Assembly: GCA_010405405.1 (NCBI GenBank)
Contig: MU004231.1
Coordinates: 2,123,860-2,187,859, forward strand
Reading direction: 5' to 3'
Source: Microthyrium microscopicum
Lineage: Eukaryota
DNA length: 64,000 nt
The position numbers and the translations under genes are program-made. Below the pieces are notes generated by a model. It had not been told where the DNA came from. It did not search any database and saw nothing but the letters and a program-made list of their open reading frames with translations. Each line of letters begins with the position of its first letter. Position 1 is the stretch's first letter. Below are positions 1 through 14,254 of the stretch, piece after piece.

Positions 1-1424
1 GGCCAATAACAATCGGGGCACCCTGCGGGTTCCCACGATCAATGGCCTATAGCGCGCTTTATCCAAGAAACTCAGCATAGGCTCGTTTCGCTGTTGGACT
101 ACCTCTCTTAGCCCTAGGGGGTGAGTAAGCACGGACTTCAGTGGCGTTCCTGAGGAGAGTTCACCAGAACCCCGCTTTTGAAGACATGTCTGCATGCACC
201 GAGTTTTGCCCCCAACGTCCGAGAAGGGGCTAGTCTTGATATAGCATGGCCATGCTAATCCGATATGCATGTCGAGATCGTCTTGATGTTATCCTCGTGG
301 TAGTATGCATGCATCGGAGGGGGCCTGAAGACTGTCGGTGTTGTTCTACGGCAGATGCAGATGCAGCTACATCTATGTCTATCTGGTTGAAGATATATCT
401 CGGTGCTTCCAGTACCCAATGGACTGTAGATTTTGACTGTTTGGAAACGATAGACCCTGAGACTGGCGGATCAAAGATGTAAACAAAAAGGTTTTGGAAC
501 AACAAGTGTCAAACAGTCGTTTGGGTTGATCAGCGTGGAAGTCAAGGTCGTTGAGGTCAAAGCTTCCAATTCTAGAAGGAATGTAGTGTGCCAGTTGAGC
601 GTTTTTGTTCTGTGAGATTCTAGACATCAGTCATATTACAATTCAATCATCTCAATCGTGGATTTAGCGGGCAGATGAGTCCAAAACTATGGAGTCACCA
701 TCAATGAGTCCGACGATAGCACAGCTCGAAATGTACTCGAGATCTAAGACATAAAATTAGGAGTGTTTTTGCGCGAGCGAAGCACTATCAAAACCCTTCG
801 AATTCAAACCCAGACTCTGATTTCGAACCCAAGGAATGTTTGAGGTCAACTCCGAAAGTCGAAATGTTGATGATCCGGAGATAAATGACATTTATCGGCT
901 CCGAATTCCACATCAAGATGCTCTAGCAGCGGAAGCCGGCTCTTAGTTTTGGGCGCCACGATTTCTAAGCTTTTCAGTACAAAAGAGTGGATTTGGCTGT
1001 TGACTGAAATGCCCAATCAATCCATGAATTGAGCAGAATCCTGTCAGAATTTAGCGATATTGGGAATGGTCGGAATTTACGCAAAGAGTTTCTCAGCGAG
1101 CCGGTGGTAGCCTGCAGGCTTGACAGCTGCGAGGCTAAACAACAGAAGCTGGTGTATGGATGAAGCAGCAACAGGGGCGTGTGGAGTTCTGGATGTGACG
1201 GATTTTTGGAAAGACGAAAGCGGGCCAAATAATCAACTACGACATCCACGCGGCGTTTGTCTTTCTGATTGTTTTTCTTCTTAAATTCACCTTTCCCACT
1301 CGATTTCGTCTCATTTTCTCCCTGGACTTTATAGATTCTTGCGCGACCAGTTACCCAGAGGAGGACTCCTAATAAGGCTGTACATTGACTTTGTTCGCGG
1401 AACATTTCCACACCCCTTGCCAGT

Positions 1425-3185
1425 ATGGCTTCATCGATAGACGCCCGAACGCGACAGTCTGCTCCCAATCCCGATACTTCCTACGATGACAAGGACAAAC
1501 CAGTAGATAAAGACGAAAACAACAGCTCTACGCGAAGTAGCTTTGGTGGCGCGGCCGTTGATTCAGAGAAAAATGATGTTCCCCATGCAGGTCAACCACA
1601 ACCTACAGCTCTCAACGCCACCGATATCGAACAACAGCAGCCAGTATCTCGTGTTACTAGCAGACGCGGAGCGCATGTCAACGATATAGGATCGGTTCCT
1701 AATGGTGGTTTGACAGCATGGTTACAAGTTGCGGGCGCCTTTACTTTATTCTTTAATACCTGGTACGTGGATTTCACTAACTTAAACCCATGACATGAAC
1801 CATAGTGGGAAGATCTTATTGGGAGATTGATTGCTGTTGTGCAATTAAAGATCTGATTTGTGCTTCGATCTCCATGGTGTGCCCTGTCATACAATGACTG
1901 ACTGGGTATGATTATGATTGTTTCAGCCTTGCTGACATGAACTTCTAGGGGTATCATTAATACATTCGGTGTTTACGAGACCTATTATTCTCTCGACATA
2001 TTGAAGACAGAAACACCATTTAATATCGCATGGATCGGCAGTATTCAAGCATTTCTACTTCTAATTATTGGAGTGATCACGGGTCCCATCTATGTGAGTA
2101 TACTTGATGTCTTTGGACATTTATGTCCAAGCCATGCTAATATGCATTGTAGGATATGGGGTACTTCCGAGAACTACTTCTTGGGGGAAGTTTTCTTGTG
2201 GTTTTTGGACACATGATGCTTAGTCTTTGCCATACATACTGGCAAGTCATGCTTGCGCAGGCACTTTGTATCGGACTGGGCACCGGTGCTCTCTTTATTC
2301 CGTCTGTTGCGATTCTCTCGACCTATTTCACTACTAGATTAGCGCTCGCGACTGGTATCGCAGCCTCTGGAAGTTCTTTGGGTAAGGTTTCGAGCTGCAA
2401 TACAACAATATGTCACTAACAGCCGCATTCCAGGCGGCGTTTTATACCCCATTATCCTTAACCAGCTGGTTCCCAAAATCGGATTCCCATGGGCAGTTCG
2501 TGTCATAGGATTCATCTGCCTTGTTACCTTGTTCGTACCAAATCTCTGCATGAAGGTTCGCGTTCTTCCCTCGGAGCGTCGAAAACTCGTCGACACAACT
2601 GCTTTCACCCACTGGGCATATATGCTCTTCTGCGGTGGATCGTTTGTTGTTTTCTGTGGACTATACATGCCATTTTTCTTCATCCAGTCCTTCGATATCG
2701 CCAAGCACATCACGAGCGAGAATTTTGCATTCTATTTGCTGTCGCTGCTCAATGCTACATCTGTCTTTGGTCGAATCTTCCCCAACTTTCTGGCCGTCAA
2801 GGTTGGGCCAATGAACGTCATCATACCCTGTGTTTTCATCTCGGGCATCTTGATCTTCTGTCTTATCCCAGTAAAGTCGATGGCCGGCCTCATAGTTATC
2901 GTATTGCTATTCGGTTTCTTCTCTGGCAGCCTGGTCTCGCTACCGCCCACTATCGTGGTTCACCTGACGCCAGACAGAAGATTCATCGGCACAAGACTGG
3001 GTATGTGTTTTGCTTGGGTCGCTTTCGGAACGCTGCTTGGCAGTCCCATCGGAGGAATCATAATCGACAGCTATGGATATACGGCTGGCTGGGTTTGGGG
3101 AGGATGTTTTTCGATAGCCGGCGGCGTGTTGATATTGTTGTCAAGGGTAGCGCATGGGGGATGGAAACCAGCTACGAGAGTATGA
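1425..3185 (+). CDS. MFS transporter, monocarboxylate-porter (MCT/Mch-like) family; 4 exons (~1425-1762, 1949-2093, 2153-2381, 2434-3185)
   Basis: ORF pieces join through GT..AG introns with branch sites. Motifs 'VPNGGLTAWLQVAGAF..FFNTWG..N.FGVY', 'AWIGSIQAFLL', 'LALATGIAASGSSLGG' and 'SVFGRIFPNFLA.KVGPMN' are typical of fungal MCT-type MFS; many hydrophobic segments. Confidence 0.9.
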
Positions 3186-5549
3186 TTGTTTGTCGGCTTT
3201 GTTGGGCATTTTACTCTAGTTTTGCATCTTGCATGTTGGGCGTTCGTGGACTGTTGTTTGGAAGATACCTTTTCTCAGAGAGCATCAGCTCATAATTCAG
3301 ATTTTGAAATTGCAGAAACTGAGCCACAATTCGGCTATATCTAGTGACTTGAGAGGGTTGAATGGTTCGATCACAATCCCCCCTGACATAGTTCATCAGG
3401 TACCAGGTCAAGTCAAAGCTCATGATCTCCTTCAATCAGCTGTTTTCACTTTCGCTAAAGCTCTAAAGGCAGTAGTATTACTGGTGTACTAGTACTGGTA
3501 GTCTGGTACTGCATGAATCGAGGTGGCAGGTCGAAAAATGCGCCAGCTTTCTCAATGTCGTTGACAGGGAAAACAAGTCAGCGATGTGTATGATTATCAA
3601 GATGCAAATTGCGCTTGTGGAGAAATCGTGCTTTGTTTTAGAGTTCGTATCTTGAGATGCCCTGCGAAGTGTGCAGGTTCAGCAGAAGTAAGGGGGGTAT
3701 TCCTATTGGATTGAATTGATTACTGGTGTTATCTCCTTTTTATGAGCGATTTTCGGATATAAACAAATCAAGAGCGCCTGGTAATTTTTGGTTTTAGTTG
3801 ATAGAAGCACAAAACAGTCGGCGTATGCTCATCTGTAATAGCGCGTCAACTTCGCAGTGGCGCAAGTAGGTATATGGTACAGGCGACTCAATTCATTACA
3901 CGATGCGACGATGAAGAACATAGAGTGTTTGTTTAAATCAGCACGTTAAGTTCAGGAACTTCAGATAAATATGTGGGTCCCAGACTTCCAGAATACTGGA
4001 AACAATGCCTATCACCAGTTCTTGCTTGTTGATGGCCGATCTTTGCTCTCGTGTGGGTCTTACCGTTTCCAACACAGCGGCCCAACGTCTCCTAACTGGC
4101 GACCGTCCTTCATTTAGCGTGCTTTTTGACCGCATTATTGGGAGTTCAGCCTTAAAGTGAGGTGTTTCATCATTTATCTCCTAGAGCCATTTCCTATTTT
4201 GTATCTTCAAAATTTAGCGAATCGCAAACACACAGTTCCGGTTTCAACCAATGCTTTAATCTTAATGAGCAGGTGAGATTGTTGATGAGATTGGCAGCAC
4301 GCGAGGAACACAAAGCGCCACGCTGCCTCCGCCCGCGTGAATTCATAATTGGATGGGATAGAATGCAGTCCTGCAGCAACCACTTTCTTCCGGGCTCTTC
4401 ATGTAAATTTTGAAGCGAATTGACATCAAGCAGACCAGAGTCGAGACCTCAGCCTTCAGGTGCTTATCCCATGCATGTTGAAGACCCTAGCAAGGCGACA
4501 TCGTCCGACTGCTTACCTACTCCGTACTTGGCGATGACTTGGCTTCCTGGGACCAGTAAGCCTCGGATCATCGAATTCTTGATGGGAGTCGACTCTTCCA
4601 TTTTGGTCAACCTGGTGGGTGGATTCTCCGAAGGTTGGGAGCACAAAAATGCAGCAGGGCTGAGCTGTTGCCATCAGGATGACCTTCTATTCCATCAAGT
4701 AAAAATATAACCATCAAAACTTGATTAGTCGTGACTCAGGAAAGTCTTTTTGGATGAAGTACTGCGCCGGGACGCCTGGCATCTTCCCAGCACAAAATAG
4801 GAAGCGCTTACTCAGGTTTATACCACTCGCGGTTCAGATCATCGTCCTGGAGCTGTGGGATGTGCGTGTTGGTTTGCGACCTGCTTTTCTGGCTTGCATG
4901 ATTTTCGCCTTCTCCGCCTGGCTTCCTGAACCGTGGAATGAGTTCGGTCCTTGAGATGAGAACCATTCCAACAGCCCACGCCAACATTCGGTTGCTTGAA
5001 AATTGAAAAGCAACCACCTGGTTCAATATTGGAGAGCGTGTCTTCTTATTCGCTGACTTTCAGCCATCATGGTCCAGGCCAGCAGCCTGCATCCAGCCAA
5101 CAGTCCTTGAGTTTACCCTGCTGCGGCGCCACCGCCCCCAAAGAGCTTTAGCACCACGCAGGAATGGGCAAGTCAGTCGAGGTTGGGATGCTGGCCCTGC
5201 GAGCCTGCGACCTTCTCCCCTCTGTCTGACAACCAGAAGCGTTGGTCTGCGGTGTTCCCATGGTGCGGCTGAACGCCAACATGCGAGGCTTTGAACAAAA
5301 CCAGGCCTCTCGCTCTGCGCGCTCAAGATTACTTCTCCCCTTCCTCTCTGCCGCGTGCTGTCATTTCTCGCTTGCCAATGTCAATCCAACCGTAGATATC
5401 TGAATTGGAGAGGAGATATCAGGCGTACAGGAATCCTGGTTCATCTTCCAATACACCCTCCATTCATTTCTGCCTCCTCCCAAGCCGCGCCCATCCGTTG
5501 TAACTCTTGCTCGCAACCTCAGCTTCGAAGTTCGAACAAAGGACTCATC

Positions 5550-7763
5550 ATGGTTGGCTCTATCATCTTGTCGCTACTCGCGACGATATCATTTCTGGTC
5601 CAACCTTCGATACAACAAAAAGATCCTTTGAAGGATTTTTGTAGAAGATTTGGGCATCAAACCGCATTGATCGACAACAAGTGATTTTGGCTCTTGGGAT
5701 GGACGCTATCACAAGCTAACAGATCGCAGGTTATTCATTGATGGAGGCCTCATAAACTGGAATCCTCTGGACCAAAACCCAATTAATTACACCAGTCAGT
5801 TTTCAAATACTCATCCCCAACGTCAAGTCTAATCCGAGATAGATACCAACTTACTCTACGCCGATATAACCGTTAACAACCAGGGCATGCCCCAAGAATA
5901 TCAAAACCTAACCAAGCCAGCTCAAGTTCCTTCCGTGTCTGGTGGTACATTATGGCCAGATACAGTGAACAAGAAGTTTTATCTTTACGGAGGAGAGTTC
6001 CAAAGCTCACCAGCTAGTTTCAGCATGTGGTCGTACGATGCCTTATATAACAACTGGACTAGCGTCAACCCGGATCCTACACAAAGCAGTATACAACGAG
6101 CGAGTTTTGGCGCAAGTACCGTTGCTCAAGATCGTGGACTTGGCTATTGGTATGGCGGATGGCTCTCGAATTTGACTGTGCCTGTCTGGGGGCCTCAGCC
6201 TTTGGCACTATCAAACATGCTCACCTACGATATGGTGAACAATGTATGGACTAACTCGAGTGGTCCGGATTCTATTGGTCGCGCAGAGGGTATAATGCTT
6301 GAAATCCCAATTTCCGATGGAGGAATGCTCGTCTACTTTGGAGGTGTACAAACACCGTCGAACAATGGCACCTGGGTTGGGCAACCCCTGGATGTGAGTT
6401 TCGCAAATGTCTGGCTACATTGCATTTCATCATGGCTAATTATCTTTAGACGATATTTCTATACGATATCGCTGGAGGCAAATGGTACACTCAAAAGGCT
6501 ACCGGCGACGTACCAGATATGCGACGTAGATTTTGTGGTGGAGCAGTTTGGGCAGCTGATCAGTCCAGCTACAACATCTATCTCTACGGAGGTGCTTCTA
6601 TGCCGCCCAATACTTCTGGATTTGACGACATTTATATTCTCTCGATACCATCCTTTACCTGGATCAAGTGGTATCCCACAGCACCCGGTGCTGCGTATCC
6701 TCATCATAGCTTGACTTGCAATGTCATTAACGGCGATCAAATGATTGTTATGGGAGGAACGTTCCCGAATGCTTCGACTTGTGATGCCCCTGGTGTCTAT
6801 GGGTTCCATAACATGGATCTGGGCAAGCAGAACCCGGACAATGCCAAATGGTATCAATTTCAGAACAACAAGACTAGTTACCAAGTTCCTTCTGAGATTG
6901 TCGCTGTTGTTGGTGGAGAGTAAGTCTATTTCGAGCCCTCGACTCTAGATATTATACTGACAATTTAAAGTGGAAGCGGTAGTGCGACCAAAAAAGCACC
7001 AGATGCAGGATTTGGAAATCCCGACTTGAGCGTTTATATGACCAGGAAAGCATCTGCTGCATCTACCAGAACTGCAACTCGTGCCATACCAAAGTCAACG
7101 GGTACCTCTAAAGGCGGAAGCTCATCGCATACTGGAGCAATTATCGGTGGCGCTGTTGCTGGCGGTGTCATTGTGCTTGTTCTGGTTTCGCTGCTAGTAT
7201 TCTGCTGCCTCAAACGACGCAAGACGCAAGCACCTCAACAGGAATACCAGCAGAATCCGCAAAACCCACACGAGGCTTATCAACATACGGACCCATACAA
7301 CCCATCTCCCCATCACGGGTATATACCCGTCTACCAACATGGCTCACAACAAAACCCAGTCCAACTGCCTGCTAACGAGCAAACATATATGGCCGCACCA
7401 GCCGAGCTTTCAGCACACGATGATGTGGGAGTGATGCCGAAGCCATATCAAGCCGTACATCAAGAAAAGGAGCCTGAATACTCATATAGCAGTACTTCTC
7501 CCCATCAATCACCGCCACAACAATCGCCGCCCATGGTTACACCACAACAATATTTCCCACCACCATCAAATAGCCCAGCGCCAGCATACAATTCGCCTGG
7601 ACATTCGCCTGGACAAGGGGCCTACCCTCAACAAGCCTCACATTACACAACACCCTCACCACCAAATCAATATGGTCAACCTCACTATACTCCAAATTCA
7701 GCATCCCCTAGTGGCTTTGTGCCCAGTCCTATAGGAAACCCGCCGCAGCAGCATCACTACTAG
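5550..7763 (+). CDS. Kelch-repeat (beta-propeller) type I membrane/cell-surface protein with signal peptide, one TM helix and Pro/Gln-rich cytoplasmic tail; multi-exon
   Basis: N-terminus MVGSIILSLLATISFLVQPS..KDPLKDFCRRFGHQT; repeated Kelch-like 'YLYGG', 'YWYGG', 'VYFGG', 'MIVMGG'; TM segment GAIIGGAVAGGVIVLVLVSLLVFCCL followed by KRRK. Introns near 5681-5729, ~5794-5842, ~6394-6449, ~6920-6970. Confidence 0.8.
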
Positions 7764-8430
7764 GAAATCACCATACTTATCGTCAGTTGCGAGCTGCGTC
7801 CAGGCATAATGGCTTGAGGAACAAAATATATTGGAATTATGCATGGAGTTGGAGGATTCTACAAACGGAAGTTATAGCGACCTTTTTTCTTTACGACATC
7901 TTCTTCTTCTGTTTCCTACAGCCCCCAATGCGGACTATCGTACACCCACCAAAGCAGGTCTGGGTCCTATTACCGTGGGTGGGAATTACCCACTAGTCGT
8001 TATTGTAATTGTTAAATACCGAATATACCCCAATCGTTGAGCGCGTAATCTTTCTATATCATGGTACATTTCTTTGAGCTGCCTGTGTCTGCGGTCGCTA
8101 TCTTTGCATCTCACCGCCTCTGATAGTTCCTTGGCGGCGGCTGATTGTATGATATGCACAGTACCTGTATGATTTCAAGAGGCGTGATAGCTTGATAGGA
8201 CCATTGGATACTTGCAGCAGGCGCAGGGAACATGGGGCAAAAAAAGCTGTGCTGTCTGTGACGTTTTGGACATTGAACGATGAGGGGGGCCTGGTGGGGG
8301 GTTTTGTCTTTGAAGCTTTCGACCATCGCAAACTCCGTCATTTCTTCAATTCCTCAATTTTTGCCGAACTTCCTGAACTCTTCGAATCTTCTCTTCAAAA
8401 ACTCCTGTACATCGATTGTGTCGCGAGATC

Positions 8431-10293
<1,863 letters not shown>

Positions 10294-10447
10294 GCAAAGA
10301 TTCTAAGTGAGAAACACGTTGACGCAAGACTGAGGCGTACAAAAAGCGGCGAATACTGTTGATATGTATCAATGTATAATGATGAAGCAATGATAGATCG
10401 ATTTCTTTATCTCTTGTCTATAAGATGTGATATATCTATATTATACA

Positions 10448-12079
10448 CTAAGCCTTCGTTTCCTTTGATATGCCATGAGACTTTTCATCCTCAACAACAT
10501 CGCTCTTCTTTTCAATATCACTCTCACCATCCTCTCTCTTCCCATCTTCCAATGTTTCTCTGCCTTCTTCCGCTGCAAGTTCTGTCAAAGCCTTGTGCGT
10601 TGTCGTGCCCTCTGCTTTTTCCAAGTCCCCATCCTTCCCTTTATAGAACACCGTTTCCGCAGTCCTTCCATCAGCACTCATCTTATCCTTTTTACGCATA
10701 CTGAATCCTCCATGCCAACCAATCCAGCCTTTCTCCCAAGGCCCTCTCAGCAAAGCAAACAAAATCGCGGCTCCAATGAAGCCTACGCTTGCACTTCCGC
10801 TTAGTCTCCAACCGCCTTGCGCAAAAACATGGTTACCCGCACTCGTGCCCATCAACTGTCCCAAGAACGTGCTCAACATATACGCCACGTTGACGCGGTT
10901 CCTCGCATTTGGCTCAATGCTATATATCGCATTTCGATTCGCGATCTGCGCTGTCTGCATGCCAAAATCATTCAGCACCGCTTGTACCACTGGCCCAGCT
11001 ACACTAAAGGTGCCTGTATACGTGCCTACACAGATACCAGCCAAAGTGGTCACACATCCGACTAGCACGCTGAAGTGCGGGACATATCTGTCGCTGACGA
11101 ACCGTGCATAAAATGGGTTCAGCAACATGCCTGCGATGCCTATCAGCCCGAATAGACCCACAATCAAGGGACTGTAGTTGTATGGCTCGCCTGCTAACAG
11201 GAAAGTAAGCGTTGTCCAGAAGTTAGTGAATGTCGCACTGCTGAAGAAGGCGACGAGACAGGCTTGTACGAGGACAGGGTTTCGAGTGAGGATTGGGAAT
11301 ATACTCCACAGCATGTAGAAGTAGTTCAGGCCGGCTGGGTTCTTGGATGGGTAGTCGGGCATGAAGAGCCAGAGGAGGCCGAATATTAGGTATTGGAGAC
11401 CACAGGAGAGCCAGTATATGGTGCGCCATGGGGTGTAGTTGGTGAGTGTTCCAGAGAGGACGCGCGCAATCAGGATTCCGAGGGCAAAACCGGAGACTAC
11501 TATAGCGAGAGCTGTGGCGCGACGGTTCGGGGGCGCAAGATCACCGACGAGTGGGAGCATGAGTTGGGGAGTGACGGTGGAGATGGCTACGACGAAGGAT
11601 ACGCCTTGGAAAACGCGGAGGGATTTTGTGACGCAGAGAATGATCCTGGTTTGAAGTTAGTGGGAGTCTATATCAATCGGTTTGGGTATTTACCATAAGC
11701 TTGATGTCAAGAAAACTAAAGATAGAACAAATGGTCGTCTTCTCAAGATATCTCCCAGTGGACAGAGTAGGAATAGCCCCAAAGCGTACCCAGCTTGCAT
11801 GAGCGTTGGTATCAAAGAAGCCTCCTCAAATGTAGTGTGGAATTCTGCCGCCAAAACATTCAGGATGGGATGATTATAGTACAGATTGGCGACGGTGAAT
11901 GCTCCAGCAAAGGCGAAGAGTACGTTCAGTGCCATGCTGAACTTTGGTGGATTCTCCGGATCCCATCGACAATTTGGAGGAGTCCATATTATGATCTTCC
12001 AAGCTTTTTGCAATAATACAGGAACTTTTCTCTTGTGAGTCGGTTCCGTCGAATGATTCTGTGGTGTTTGTGAACTCAT
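10448..12079 (-). CDS. MFS transporter (YnfM-like/uncharacterised fungal MFS); 2 exons, intron ~11646-11693
   Basis: 'FTVANLYYNHPIL', 'QAGYA.GL..LCPLGD...RR', 'PL.GDLAPP.RRA.AL.IV.SG...GIL.AR..SG' and 'ARNRVN..YM' motifs; many TM segments; two ORFs joined by a GT-AG intron. Confidence 0.88.
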
Positions 12080-13593
12080 TGTAGCGATTGAGTTCGGAGA
12101 TCACCCAGACTAGTAAAGTCGATGTTGTTTCCCAACAAGAACGAAGTCCCAGCGTACTGACATTGCTGAAAAGTGAGATCTATCGGATTTAAAGAGAAAT
12201 GTTTCTGAAATCCACAAGTCGGACTTGAGTCGTTGACGATACCGGCTTGATGATTGACGGCAGGATCTTGGCGTGTTATTCCCGAAGAGGTTGGACTCGA
12301 TTTGCCAGGCAGACTAAAATTATGCAGGTGGAATAGGTTAGATGTAGGTAGCTGTTAGTTATGCCCGTGAGTAGACTAAGCAAGCAGAAGATGTAAAGAA
12401 GTCATGCAATTGTTGGTTTGATCGGTTTCTAGGTACTGTGTTGCAAATCGCTATTCCCATTTTCAGCCTTATGCTAGCCAGGTTCAGCCTTGTCAAACCC
12501 AGACCGACCTTTGTTTCGTAAATCCCATCAATACAACGCGAACCTGGAAAACCTAAATCCGGGAGAATCTCTTGACATTCCCTTCGAGTATAGCTTCGTC
12601 AAAGTCTAAAATTCATCTAGACCATCTCGATACCTCACCTCGAAGGTAAACACGAGTCCAGAGGGCAGACAGTAACGGCTTACACTTTTCTCTTTCTAAT
12701 TCGTATCTCCCTCAAGCAAATGCGCTTTGTAATAGCATATGTGACTCCCAGATGATTGGGGTTCCTAGGCCGGGAACTCGGGTTTTTCGGCAGTTCCCAC
12801 ATTTCATGGTCGGACTGATGTGTTACTCGTTCAGGAGGCCACGATTACGCCCTGGGTCACTGCTTTAATGCGTTATAACGCCTAGCCATAAAACTTATCT
12901 CAACTTCTGAACTTGGAATTGACCCTGCTCTTAACTTGACGCACAATGCTATTTATATCTCAGGAATGATGCCAGCACTCTACGAAGGTGAAAATATCCG
13001 TGTCTGCTCCATCAATGGAATTTCAAGCATTGACATACAATCACAAAAATTCAACTCTATTTCCAAACATGTTTGATATGGTACTTCTAACTTACGCACC
13101 AGATAGGAATGCAAGCACTTCATCCTGGAGCATCGTTAGCAGACAATGTAGTTTCCGGACATATCCACAAGCCAAAAAAGGATGGACAAAAGATAGAATG
13201 CTCTGCCAGTTTAGCCGAGTTGAAAGAGTGGTGGCTATCACCATTATTTTAATCCAGAGATTACAATTCTAACCAAAAAATTCCCGTTTTGAGACGCTTT
13301 TGAAATCGAGTGCTGTAAATCTCCCTTATAGCATAGAACCGCTGATTTGCCATCGAATGCGCTGGAAATTGAAGCACTCTCTCCTTATAGAGTGCGATGG
13401 GAGACATAGTGATTGATGGGAGCGCGCCATCTACCATACTTTTTCCAATGTATTAGAGCGTCGGCAGATATGATACGTACCTGAAAAGGTACAGTACTGC
13501 AACGTTCAGAACGCAGCTTGGGCACTTGGAGGGGCAAAAAAAGGCCACACAGGCTCCAATACCACCCTGAACTTTGGGACATATCAGAACAGC

Positions 13594-13599
13594 AAAAAA
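13594..13599 (-). terminator. Putative RNA polymerase III terminator (T6) 17 nt downstream of the tRNA-Gln
   Basis: Run of six A on the plus strand, i.e. TTTTTT on the tRNA strand, shortly after the discriminator base. Confidence 0.6.
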
Positions 13600-13615
13600 G
13601 AATGAAATTGATTTT

Positions 13616-13751
13616 AGGTCGTGCCCGGATTCGGACCGGGGTTACCGGAATATGCCTTTGAAATCAAAATCCGGTGTGATAACCACTACACTCTGTTAAG
13701 AGTTAGCAAGCGCAAAGTTTAGGATGTTTGGGGAAAAACTTGCACACAACC
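13616..13751 (-). tRNA. tRNA-Gln(TTG) gene interrupted twice: canonical 13-nt intron after position 37 (13651-13663) and a 51-nt spliceosomal-type GC-AG insertion between positions 8 and 9 (13693-13743); T-loop has U55->C; functional status unknown
   Basis: Minus strand: GGTTGTGT|[51 nt]|AGTGTAGTGGTTATCACA-CCGGA-TT-TTG-A-[TTTCAAAGGCATA]-T-TCCGG-TAAC-CCCGG-TCCGAAT-CCGGG-CACGACC-T. Acceptor GGTTGTG/CACGACC, D stem GTG/CAC, anticodon stem CCGGA/TCCGG and T stem CCCGG/CCGGG all pair. Confidence 0.85.
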
Positions 13752-14254
13752 ACACGGACGTAACGTCCAAACTTAGCTCCCAAAGGAGTTAGTTGTTTTG
13801 TCATTAATGACAAATCTGGTGAAAGATTTGGGTTACATTTGGATGACTTTTGATGAATTTGCAGCATTAAATTGCACCAAAATGCAATATATTCCAGCTG
13901 CATATCTTCGCCTCCACGCAACCCGTTACTTCGATAAACCTTCTTTGTCTATTTGTTTTAAAGCACTTGATGAAAGAACCTAGCTACTGGGAGCTAACGA
14001 GGCTGATGGATGGGAGTGCGTCAATTATTTTGCCATGCCGTTGGACATGGAGAGCCAATCTATTCAGTGATTTGATGAGAAGCTACGCAAACTGCCTAAT
14101 TATGGTAGAAATAGCCCCCGGATGATAGAGCGAAGTATCTGTCAAACATCGCAGTCGGTGGTAGCAAATAAGTGACTTTGTCCATCGGCATTAAAAATTT
14201 ATGGTGGTCTTATTTCAACAAGCGCAAATCTTGATTCTATCTAATCAGCAAATT

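Noticed and set aside
230..5326. Numerous short ORFs in the six-frame track (e.g. 230-627, 3938-5326) and antisense ORFs over real genes throughout the window
   Set aside because: No recognisable motifs or splice-supported structure; consistent with chance or shadow ORFs.
13616..13692. First read as a simple 5'-truncated tRNA pseudogene or integration scar
   Set aside because: The missing 8 nt are present 51 nt upstream, separated by a sequence with complete spliceosomal intron signals, so simple truncation does not explain it.
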